Source: Mytilus trossulus
Lineage: Eukaryota
Reading direction: 5' to 3'
Length of the DNA: 64,000 nucleotides
Assembly: GCF_036588685.1 (NCBI RefSeq)
Contig: NC_086379.1
Coordinates: 80,972,001 to 81,036,000, forward strand
The notes below the pieces were generated by a model, which was not told where the DNA came from, made no database searches, and was given only the letters and a program-made list of their open reading frames with translations. Position numbers and translations under genes: made by a program. Below, in pieces: positions 50,240 to 62,419 of this stretch (its first letter is position 1; each line of letters starts with the position of its first letter).

Positions 50240-51530
50240 CAGTAGTTATCGAAGGTGTGACTTCATGAACACACGATGCTGGTAACCATGTTAATGCTGG
50301 TTTCCTGGACTTTTTAAAAGCTTTGACATCATGCCACACAACAATTTTTTGCACAAACTTGATAAATACCGTTATGGTGTGATAAGACCACTGAATAAAT
50401 GGCTCGAAATATTTCTCACTCGGGGAACTATGACGATTGTCATTGATGAAGAGAAATCTGAAGAAACTGCAGTGGACTCATGAGTTCGACAAGAAACCAT
50501 ACCCAAATCCCTTCTTTTTTCTGCCATATCAACGACCTTCCAGATGCAGTAAAATCAGCTGCTGCAGTGGACTCATGAGTTCGACAAGAAACCATACCCA
50601 AATCCCTTCTTTTTTTCTGTCATCTCAACGACCTTCCAGATGCAGCAAAGACCTCTTGCTGATTACTGTCTGCTATACAGAAATACAAACACACGTACAA
50701 CATATGCATACTCTATTACAACAATATCTGGTTAGCCTAGAAAAAAGTGCCTTAGACTGGGGTATGCGCTTTAACGCAAAGAAATGTTACATCCTGAGCA
50801 CTGACAAAGGCCAGCGATGGACACATACTCTAACAAGTCCAACAGAGTCCATACTTTGGGCTACGAACATCGGAAGATCTAAAATTGACCATCCACATTT
50901 CAAATGTAGCCAATAAAACAAATTCGACACTATGCTTTCTAAAATGCAATTTCAGATTCTGTCGAAAAGACTGCAAGTAAACATGCACACATCTCTTTGG
51001 TAAGATCTACGATGGAATATGGGGCAATTGTATGGGACCCATATACAACAAACAACACCCGCCAATTAGTAAGGATTAAACTAAGAGCTGCACGATTCAT
51101 CACAGTGGATTACAGATCTAGAGAAGAAGGATCGGTCACCAAAATGCTTACCGTACTGGAACTAAAAAACCTTCAGTCCAGAAAAACAAGACAAAGACAT
51201 GTATTTATGTACAAAGTGGTTGAGGGTTTGGTCCCAGTTATCAAACCTGGCGAATTTTTGGTAAAAAGCAATGCCAAGTCGAAAAAATTAAAAAAAAATG
51301 TAGACAACAACTCACTTAAGAACGATTAAAAGTCAATCGAAAAAACAAACTGCATTCTTCGTTAAGTCGGTGATTCTTTGGAACCTTCTAGGAGAAGACA
51401 CAGTGGGCGCCAAGTTAGTTAAGAGCTTCAAAACAGCTCTCCAATGCCGCCAATAAGCGCTTGCTCTCTCTCTCTCTCGTCGAGTTTGAAAAATCAGAGT
51501 TGGTACCCCCGACGTAATGATACAGATACA
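50240..51530 (+). mobile_element. Decayed, 5'-truncated CR1/L2-group LINE (RT and C-terminal part)
   Basis: Broken motifs LDF.KAFD..PH (about 50305), VDS.V.Q.T...LLFFCHINDLPDAVKS, AD.CLLY, WGMRFNAKKCYIL, VRSTMEYGAIVWDPY, RAARFI..DY..SVTKML, MYKVVEGLV; (gataca)n tail at about 51519-51532. Confidence 0.85.
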
Positions 51531-51666
51531 GACTTGACTTCATCATACATAACTGGAGAACTCGTTGCACAAATTATCTTATTACTCACATCAATACGAT
51601 GTTTAACATCAGTGATTCAAATATCTTCATCATTATTGCCAAATAAATCTTCAAATGGCCTGATGA

Positions 51667-52392
51667 ATAAAATTGAGAATGGAAATGGGGAATGTGTCAA
51701 AGAGACAACAACCCGACCAAATAAAAAACAACAGCAGAAGGTCACCAACAGGTCTTCAATGTAGCGAGAAATTCCCGCACCCGGAGGCGTTCTTCAGCTG
51801 GCCCCTAAACAGATATAAACTAGTTCAGTGATAATAAACGCCATACTAATTTCCAAATTGTACACAAGAAACTAAAATTAAAATAATACAAGACTAACAA
51901 AGGCCAGATGCTCCTGACTTGGGACAGGCGCAAAAATGCGGCGGGGTTAAACATGTTTGTGAGATCTCAACCCTCCCCCTATACCTCTAACCAATGTAGA
52001 AAAGTAAACGCATAATCATACGCACATTAAAATTCAGTTCAAGCTAGCTAGAGAAGTCCGAGTCTGATGTCAGAAGATGTAACCAAAGAAAATAAACAAA
52101 ATGACAATAATACATAAATAACAACAGACTACTAGCAGTTAACTGACATGCCAGCTCCAGACTTCAATTAAACTGACTGAAAGATTATGATTTCATCATA
52201 TGAACATCATGCACAATCCCTCCCGTTAGGGTTTAGTATCATACCATCATAACATATATGAGAAGAACATAACCCGTGTCATGCCAACAACTGTTTTTAG
52301 AATAAATGTGTTTAGTTCCGAAGCAAAGACCTTATCAGTGACTCAATATTAACGCCAAAATATGCAATCTTTAATGACTTGACAACAGTATC
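51667..52392 (+). repeat. Interspersed repeat family starting aaaattgagaatggaaatggggaa
   Basis: Diverged copy at about 4626-4995 and an inverted fragment at about 443-494. Confidence 0.75.
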
Positions 52393-52461
52393 GATGAAAC
52401 ATATTTCTCTGTGTCTTTATCTTCCATTTAGTAACTTTCGTTAATTTCTACTTGCTCTATT

Positions 52462-52748
52462 TTTTGTTGTTGTTCTCTGTTCACTTGTTGCAATTCACAT
52501 AAATAAGCTTGAGGGTGAAGGGTGAAAGTCCTTAGCAATATGATCGTATATCTTTCAGGAATTTGGGTCCTCAATGCTCTTCAACTTCGTACTTTATTTG
52601 GCATTTTGTTGTTGTTCTCTGTTCACTTGTTGCAATTCACTTAAGTAAGCTTGAGGGTGAAGGGTGAAAGTCCTTAGCAATATGATCGTATATCTTTTAG
52701 AAGTTTTGGTCCTCAATGCTCTTCAACTTCGTACTTTATTTGGCATTT
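52462..52748. repeat. Tandem duplication of about 142 bp
   Basis: ttttgttgttgttctctgttcacttg...cgtactttatttggcatttt starts at about 52462 and 52604. Confidence 0.9.
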
Positions 52749-52769
52749 TAAACTTTTTGGGATTCGAGC

Positions 52770-52813
52770 CGTTACTGATGAGTCTTTTTTTTAGACGAAA
52801 CGTGCGTCTGGCG
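52770..52813 (+). ncRNA. Minimal type I hammerhead ribozyme (retrozyme/PLE-type) inside an interspersed repeat
   Basis: cguua-CUGAUGA-gucu[U-rich loop]agac-GAAA-c gugc GUC^uggcg: stems I and II pair and stem III is minimal, with a near-palindromic loop. Confidence 0.8.
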
Positions 52814-52940
52814 TATACTAGTATACTGAATTTAGTCCTGGTATCTATGATGAGTTTATTTATCCACCATCAGTGTATCTTTAATCAAGAGGTTTCGGTT
52901 CTATATTCAAATATTTCCTGTCTAATTCAGATTGATGTTT

Positions 52941-53280
52941 ACGTGGTCTACTACATTATTTGGTGTCTCCTCGTCAATGTATCACGTGATCTACTACATT
53001 ATATGGTGTCTCCTTGTCAATGTATCACGTGGTCTACTACATTATATGATGTCTCCTTGTCAATGTATCACGTGGTCTACTACATTATATGGTGTCTCCT
53101 TGTCAATGTATCACGTGGTCTACTACATTATATGGTGTCTCCTTGTCAATGTATCACGTGGTCTACTACATTATATGGTGTCTCCTTGTCAATGTATCAC
53201 GTGGTCTACTACATTATATGGTGTCTCCTTGTCAATGTATCACGTGGTCTACTACATTATGGTGTCTCCTTGTCAATATA
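52941..53280. repeat. 43-bp minisatellite, about 8 copies
   Basis: Unit cacgtggtctactacattatatggtgtctccttgtcaatgtat; it explains the three overlapping repetitive ORFs at 52664-53350. Confidence 0.95.
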
Positions 53281-56200
53281 TCATTCAATCTTTCTGATTG
53301 AAATCTGGCGAAAAACTCGTTTGTACACATCAATATTAACTATCCTATAGCTAATTTGTACCAAGTCAGGAAAAAGACAGTTGTTATCTTATAGTTTGTC
53401 TCTGTGTGTCACGGTTGCATCTTAGTGCTTATGTTGTGTCGTTGTTCTTCTCTTATATTGGATTATTTTTTTCTAAATCGATTTTATGAATTTCTATAAA
53501 CAGCGTTATACTAAATAAAGGCAACAGTAGTAAACTGCTGTCCGAAATTCATATAAAATCGAGTGAGAAAAAAACAAATCCTGGTTACAATTAAACTAAA
53601 ACTGAGGGAAACACATCAAATATAAGAGGAGAACTACAACACAACGGAATCACAAAATTAAAATGTAATACACAAAGAAACGAACTATGATATAACAATG
53701 AACATTTTCCTGACTTGTTACAGGACATTTTAAGAAAAAAAATGTTGCTTTTATTTAAAACTCTCCAGATAAAATGACAACGCAGAAAGACATTTCTGTG
53801 GGTATATTCTTGACATATAAATACAAGAAAGATACCAAAAGGGACATTCAAACTCATGATTTTTTAAAAGAATATTTGGCCTTTTCAAAGGGTATGCAAC
53901 AAAATTTTGTTATTTTAAAATTAAAGTTTGACCAAAACGATTTTTTAAACATTGCCTAATTGATACATGGCCAAACCGGCTATGTCGTCTTGTTTCCGTA
54001 CAATCAGGAACATATATATTAGATATACTGTTCCCAGGTACAATGCAACTTTAAAATAGCTTTATTTCACTATTATAGTTATATATATAAGCAATATTTC
54101 GAAGTTTTTAAACCTTATAAACATTCTATCCATTTGTAGGTTCTATTTGGAAAAAAAGAAGATTATATCTCTGGAAATCTATATTATATTACCTATAGCT
54201 GTACAATGTCACCTATGGGATGCAACAAGAGTATAAATCTCAACAATCGAAAATTATACCATAGCTCTCGATGGTATAATTTTCACAAAAATACCATGGT
54301 TTTGTTTTATATGGTATCCGAAAAGAAAAAGATAGGAAGACCTTGCCGTGGCCTCTTGAATTTTTTGACACAGTAACAACGGAGTCAGTGCAGGGCCCGT
54401 GACTAACTAAACTGTCCGCTTTGCACCAGCCGATATATAGGCATATCGATATATGAAAGCCTAGGTGGGAATCGAACGATCGCACACTAACTCCGTTTTC
54501 CTATATATATTTAAATTATTGAAAACTCGCTCTCATGCAGAACGAAAAAAAAAAAGTTTGAAAAACACATAAATGTGTCAATATCATATTCACATATTCA
54601 TATATTACTGGAAAATATCCGTTGATTTACATTTATTAGAATGTATACTTAGATTGTATCCTCATAGGCTTCACTGTACAGCCTCTACATGCATACAAGG
54701 TTTTAAACCAAAACGATTTTTGTAGGGGGTACGTTGCTTTTGAGGAGCTTCATATACGGCAAAAACATTAGACTTTAAAAAGAAGAGGGGCAATAGAGAG
54801 TCCGTTAACATGTTAACAGCACCTCGATTTTGGCAAAAACAATTAACAAAAAATACAAAAATGTTGATAACAGTTAACAAAATGGGTTAAAAACAGTTAT
54901 AACAACACCTTTAAAAAGACCAAAGCAGGTTAATATAAAAAGGTATTGCTCCACCTATAAAAAGTATTGTTCAAAATGTTGGCTTGCTGGATCCCCCTTT
55001 CAAAATCCTGGAACCACATCAGATTTGTTTTTAGACCTATAAACGTAATTTTAGGCCGTTGAAATACAATCTGTGGCTTATCTTGCGTCCAAATCCAGAA
55101 AATCTAATTCCGTTAACAGTTTTTTATCGTTTGCAACATAATCCGTCACCAATGTAATTGTGCATCCATTGCTGTCCAAACATCAAGTCTAACTGATATT
55201 CCCGCTATTTCAGAAGCCCGTGCTTATTTTAAGAAAGTAGACGAAGTTTTGTGTATGAGGCTCGAAAAAGGTTATTTAACTTATTCTTATCAAACTTATT
55301 TTAAAGTAAACAAACAAACAAAAATGACATATACAATGTTAAACTGCAAAAGATGCAATAGGTTAAAACAGATATTTCATATTTTTGGGATAATTTTGCG
55401 GTGTTTCGTAAATTATACCGTAGCTTTTTGTTAAAACCCTCGGCAACCTTTCTTGACTCCGTCTCGTGAAGTTATTGTCGAGGCTTTCAAAAAAATCTTG
55501 GGTGCAATTTACGAAACACCGCAAAACTATTGGCAAAAGAAATGAATTATCTATAACTTATACTGCCACAGGAACCCATTTTCGATATAACACTTTTTTT
55601 TTCTTTTTGTTCCTTGTTCCTTTTTTCTCTTTTCGTTGTGTTCGGTCCTCGTTAGGAGGTACTGACAACATGCCTCCACATAATTTACAATCCCGATCTT
55701 CATAAAAGGACACAAGCAAACAAAAAGGTGACATAATCGCAAGACATCTAGAGGGCAGTATACAGACACAAACTACAGAAAGAATGAATTGGACGTCGAT
55801 TTGTAAACCAAAAAATGCATCTCATGTTTAAAATAGTTCATGAGCTCATACGGATAAATGAAAACCATGCAGCACTGGCAATTGGGAACAGCCACATTTT
55901 TGTCTGTGATTATTTTATAATTCATAGAACTATAATTAATCTGATATTTATAAAATGAATGTTTCCTCAATAGTTAAATGTTTGAAGTGGCTATTCTGTC
56001 CTCTCTTAGGTGCTATTTTACCGGCTTCGTCAAAATAACCTTCTTTGCTAGATATTTTGTAAGCTGGTTCTCGGCTGACTACTACACTTTGTTCATAGTT
56101 TGTTTGAGTGAAGCGAATACAAGCGGATTCCAGTTTAGATATTTTGCCGCATCCGTCAAAATAGAGATTTATAAAAAGTTTTACCGGTTTTCATGATAAA

Positions 56201-58624
56201 ATAAAAAAGAAAATATAGAAACATACATTTCAAAAGAAAATTTCTAAAATATATGCCTTTTTAAAACATTTATACATAAGCAAAGCATTCATGTATCAAA
56301 AGTGATATTTTTCACTTTTATAGGAAGAAAATATACATGTGTTTAAAAAAAAAAATACAAATTATGTATGTATACTAAAATAGAAACTTACAAACACGAG
56401 TCTATCAAATATAAGCGAAACGCACACACATTTATTTTGGCTGTAAGCAAAACTAAAAGAACTTGAATTATTTGGCGATTATATTGTAACATTTGTCAAA
56501 AATGGCTGTATTCGTACTCCGCAATCGGTTAAAGTTTTGGGTAGAAACCGTAGTTTTCCAAATCATAATTCACTTAAAACAACAGTTTAACACTATAACA
56601 TCACACCAAATTTAATCATGACGTTTTTAAACAACAATCATCCAATCATCCAATCAATCGTATAAATTTCCCGAAAAGATTGATACGGGATCGGACGAAA
56701 AATACTTAATTTATATGTGGTTTGTTATGATGCCAAAAAGAGGCTCAGCGCGAGACAGAAGAGATTGACAAGTTACACCAAAATGTTTTCATAAAAAAAC
56801 CCTTCATATAATCATCAATTAAGGTTAATATAATTTAAGAGTATTGCTTTATACTTATCTGACATCTTTCAAATGTTATGAAATGGCAATATCATGATTG
56901 TAAGCTTGATGAAAGTTATAAAGTTGACGTCTGCGTGTCATGTGCTTTTCCTTTTCACGGTTTTGATTTCATCATTGTTTTATCTACCCTAAAATAAATG
57001 AATACATTTGTGGGACCCTTTGCTGTAGAGTTAGTTATAGTCTTTGTTACACTATAGTGGTGTACACAGCGACTTGTCTAAGAAAACAAAACCTGTTGCA
57101 TAACAACATTTGGTTAATTTTTTTGGGTACAAGTCAAATTGGCACCCATAGAAAAAGTCAATTCGGCAATCTATAATATTTTTCTACTTTCTCAGTTGAC
57201 AGGAGATGTTACAGACGCCATTTAACCATATCAATGATTCAAACAGTACAATCAACACCTTTATTTATACAAATGTACTAATGATTTTTATACAATAGCG
57301 ACATAAAATTTCCAGAGTGATCGAAAATACAGAGAGATCAGGGTATGGTATTAGCAGGGGACTACCGGTACTTCGAGTTACTAAATAACACTGAATATTC
57401 AAAAAACACTTGTAATGACCGAATAACACATATTAGCACATATTGGTGACTTTTAAACTTTGATTGTTGAATAATACAAATTCTAATTCAAGTATTTTAT
57501 TGGACAAAGCACATATGATACAATGCTTATTCCAAGATACAAACACATGAAACATGACAATTTATGCAAATTCAACTTCAAGAAAACATTTCAAGTACTA
57601 ATTATATATATAATATCACAGTATTACACAGTATTATACTTATGGTAGACCAACTGACATTAGATTTTTTAAGCTTGACTTAAATAATTACATATTTGTC
57701 TGGTGTCAACCAGATTTACTTGGTTAAGTCAATAATAATTATATATTATTACATTGGTTGCAATAAATTACATTGATTTCCCAGTTAAATTAAAACCGAT
57801 AATTTGTCATACAACAATAGGCAAGGTCAGGACGTCGATAACGTCGGTTCAAAACAAATTGTGAATGTGTAGGAAAAACATGTAGTTCCTTACATTTTCT
57901 ACATTCATTTCATAAAAAAACAACATTAGCCAATGTAATAAAAAGTATAACTAATTGCCCTATTTGAAAATCTAAAATAAGACAACTAGTGACTGAACGC
58001 CGCTGTCTTTAAATCATTATTAAGTTATAAAATGCATCGATTATATATTATTATTTAATAATCAATGTTTTAAAGTCTTCAATATGTGCTAATATTGAAA
58101 TTTCAAGTGTTATTCAGATAATAACAGTGTTACTTGGGGCCCCTCAAATTTGGTGTGGGCTACTTAAATTTCTGCTTTTCTTATGTAGGACTTTATACAT
58201 GTATGTGCATTTATCATTTTTTCGCAAATTGCAAAAATGGTCACCGCCAGCAGAAACCCTGCTATATCTGACCATGTTTAGATTAAAGTCCCTGATTGAT
58301 TATCGTCTTGGAAGGAGTGAAATACGTAAAACCTAGTTTATATTACCTCCAATGTCAGAAAGGAAAAAGTCCTGTGATTTAAGAGCATGTCCAAAGGTGT
58401 AATGTAATGAAGGCAGCAATAGCTTACATTAAATATGGTTTTAATAAGACGATAATCAAGTTAAATGTAGCTTGTAACATGATTGAAATTTTTTCAGTTG
58501 ATCAGCTTTTTGTGCAATATATTTCCCCAAGACTGATAAAATAAGAAAAAAAAGTATTGATGAAAATGGAAATGATTATAATTAGATTTCTTTTTAATTA
58601 CTTTAAGGAAGTAAAAGATCTGAA

Positions 58625-61600
58625 ATGGCTACTGGTGGGTTTGGAAGAGGTGGAAGAGGGGCAGCTCTACTTCAGGCTCTGAAAGATGGAACTCGTAAAC
58701 CAGGAGATCAGGATGAGGTACATGTGACAGAGTTAGCAGAATCTATTTTTCCCTGGTGGTCCTTGAAGAAAATCTGCCTGTCCTCACTATTGATTCTATT
58801 AAAAAATACTAAAATTTTGTCAGTCCTATGCAAAATTTTGGTGGTAAAATCCTGAGGACGGCAACTTTTCACGAATTCTGATGTGAATCATGACCATAAT
58901 TGTGCTAAGTCTTGAAGTTGATGGCAATATACATGTAGTAAGGCATGATTTTTGTATCAGCTAGTTAATCTGACTTGTGCTGAATATTGTATCAGCAATT
59001 TAAGCTTAACAAACACTGATTTTTGTATCAGGAACTGGAAGTCAAGCTGGACTTATGCTACCGATTGAGGGGCAAGTTTTTAAAGCAATTGCTTTCATGC
59101 CGTCGCGTATGGCCATCTTTGTGACCCAGATCAGAGACTCCGCCCAGATCAAGCCATAGTATTTTGTTAAACAGGCTCCTGGTCTGTCATTCTTAAACAC
59201 CTATGTATGTTTTCTAATGCAATACATAGCTTGAAACTTTTGAAAAAAGTTATTGGATTTAAGAAGTTTCAGCATACGTTCTTGTAGATGTATTTTTGTA
59301 TTTAGGGGGACAACCGTTTGACTATCAAAAAACATAGACGTTCGAGTGAAAAAAATGCATTTTTATACCTGCGATTCCGTTTTCCTTTCGTACGATGTTT
59401 CAACAAAATATGGAATCATTTCAGTTGTTGATTTAGTATTGAAAATTTGACTGAATGATCTTTTATAATATACGGTTTTATAATTTAATTGGTGTTTTTT
59501 AAGAAAGAGGTCAGGTGCTCTTGTTCATTCATAAAATTGTCGTTCATTCATAAATTTATCGTAAAATCAAAATCACTACACAGGTTATCAGGTTATACGT
59601 AGTGTCAAATGATTACCTGTAATCTAAAAATAGACAAAGTTAACTGACCTATTTTGTTGATTTGTTTGCGCAAATAATTTAGAGGAACGAAACCCTTGTT
59701 AAAAACACATAACAATAAGTTTGTTTTCCTTTTTTGTCATAACTCCGTAAGATTTATCGATCACCTTACTAATGAAATGGACCGGTCCAAACGTGATAGA
59801 TGCCAAGTCCAGATGAAGAGATATTTACAATTTGGAATTTTCTAGTTTCATAGATTAAAAAAAGTACATCCTTTTTGGATATCATATTCAAAATTGGGTA
59901 TGCATGACAAATGATGAAACCATTATCCTCGTCTTTCCAATGGACGAGTCTACTACGTTTGTTGACCCTCGACGGTCCACCGTGTTTGCAATTTTATTTC
60001 ACATGTTTTCGAAATATTGAAGATCATTTTCACTATGTTTCCTGAAAATTGGATAAATATCAAAGCAACTTAGAGATGTTTGTTCTTGTTCGTGTAATGA
60101 CGATTTAATGTCATGTTTGTCTGTGATGGCCCCTCTTTTCGGGATTGCATGAGAATTATAGTTATCTCGTACCGCATGAGGATGACACATATCAACTGAG
60201 CAATAATGTTTGGGACTTAGTTTTTAAGAAATGATGACAAAGTAACATTATGAAAATATTTTTAGTCAGCTGAAATATATATTTATTTTTTACATGTTTA
60301 TGACTTTTTTTCAACATTTGCGTCTGGAAAGTTGAAATGTTTTAACTGAAGTGTTAATTTTAAATTAATTATGAAAATTAAATCAATAAAGGAAATTATT
60401 GCCCAGTTACAAACACTACTAGGGGATAATCCATAATAATTTTTCTTGGAGTTATATGTTTCAGCACATGTATATTTGACCACAACTTTAGCCTGGTAAA
60501 CATGTTGTCTCCTTGTGAAATATAAAACATATTAAAAATGACTTTCTGCTAAAGTCTTTAATTGATATAAAGTTAAAACCTTCTTAATTCTCACTAGACG
60601 ACACTCCTGTCATGTTTGATTCTTAAATATATGTGGATGAAAAAAAAGTCCCCAAAACATAAACATGGCAGCAATTGCTTTGACAGCCTTTCAGGCTTTG
60701 ATTTTTAATTATTTCAATTGCAAGCAAGAAATATTACAAAACATGACCTGTCAATTAAAACAAAAATAATTTTAATGACAATCATATTGGTGGTCTTAAA
60801 TCTTATGGTAGCATGTACACCTCAAATGCAGGATGTCAATGTATCAACACCAGGCTTATTTGTTTCCTTGTTTCCGAATCCTTTTGTAATATGTTATCAC
60901 TGTATTTATATGTGTATGCCATGTACATGATTTTTTGAAATAAAATATGTTTAAAGTAACACCAGGCTTTAACAATTCTATCAAATTAAGTCTTGATAAT
61001 TGTAAGCCAGAAATGTAACAAAACATAACCTATCAATAAAAACAATTTTTATATAACAATCATATTGGTGCCAGTTGGTCTTAAATCTTAGAATGCACAC
61101 CTCAAGTATCACGTCAGTGTGTCAACATCAGGTTTTATCAATTCTATTAAATTAAAGTCTTGATGATTGGTATTTGCTTCTCCTCTGCAAAGATAGTGTT
61201 TTTACTCGACATGCCAACCACTCAAAATCTTCTTGTTTGCTAACATGGATGGTTTCTTGTTTCAATAGTTATAATTTTTACCCAAATTTTGATAATCACT
61301 CAGTGTTTTTTTTGTTGCAGAAAACAGTTGGAGTTCAGCCAGCAACACAGCCACCTCCTATTGCTATGGGTAGAGGTGATATATTGAGGGGTTTGGTTGC
61401 TGCAATATCAGCTCCACCACCTACACCAGGAGGTGAGATAAAGATAGAATACTTCAAAAGTTTTATTTATCAGCTTTAGTTTTGGTAACAAGATAAAAGG
61501 ATAAGGGAATGTTCTTTTTGTTCATTGTGAAATGTCGTTTTCGAGAATAGTCTGATTATTATTAAATGTTCATATTAACATGGCTTATAGAATAGCTACC

Positions 61601-62022
61601 TGTAATTGAAGAACTCAAATATTGAAAAGTATTAGAACAACACGTTAATTCAAGAATATGTGTAGTACATGATATAATTATCAGTATTTTTTCTTTCACA
61701 ACTTGAATATTTTTCAATATTAAAATGCTTTGATTAGTTATTCTTTAAATTACATTGACAATGGGCTTTTTGATGGATATAAAGTAGAAAATGCGAGAAT
61801 CTATATCTTTTTCAAAGCATTTACAATTTGTGTAGAAGCAATGTTGTTGATGTCTTCTTGACAACACTTATTGTGAAATTATTGGTTTTGAATTCCCTTA
61901 GAAACCATGGTAATTCACTACAATCAAGGTTATAATTGTTTTGTTTTTAAAGGTGCACCAGATCAGGCTCCTATAGGATTAGCAAGAGGAAGAGGATTGG
62001 CTGCTATGCAAGCCCTTCTGCA
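58625..62022 (+). CDS. PIWIL2: First three coding exons of a probable Piwi-clade Argonaute (PIWIL2/Ago3-like); the gene continues beyond the window
   Basis: Exons 58625-58717, 61321-61432 and 61953-62022 join in frame: MATGGFGRGGRGAALLQALKDGTRKPG..PIAMGRGDILRGL..PIGLARGRGLAAMQALL. This GRG-rich N-terminus resembles invertebrate Piwi2 proteins (recognised from memory). PAZ and PIWI domains are not in the window, so the identity is provisional. Confidence 0.65.
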
Positions 62023-62419
62023 GTATGTATTTATAAAGTTTAAGTGTAGGAATAAAAATGAGAAAATGTGTCAAAGCGACAACAACCTGACCACAGAGCA
62101 TTTTAGAGTTCACCTGCATAATTGGCTTACAGGTGTCCTTTTTAAGGCATTGAATGATTGCTGAAAGCACACCTCACACTTGTGAAGGGTTTGTTTGAAA
62201 AAGGTGCCTCCCATCTCATTACATTGCTGTCAAAAGCCTTCGTATGATACACAAGGAAACCTTAATAAAATGAGTTTTTAGTCAATTATTCAAACTGCTG
62301 TTTGTACATAAATTAAAAGACTGACATTTGTAAAGAAAAAGATAAAACATTGTTATATGCATTTCAAGTCTTTCACTAAAGATGGAGTTTACAATTTTTT
62401 TTTTACCATTCCATATTAA

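Noticed and set aside
52664-53350. 228-aa and overlapping hydrophobic ORFs
   Set aside because: Artefacts of the 43-bp minisatellite, which repeats the same peptide in all three frames.
56900-57120. Candidate promoter or non-coding first exon of the piwi-like gene (tgacgt motif)
   Set aside because: Short motifs only; cannot be supported without transcript data.
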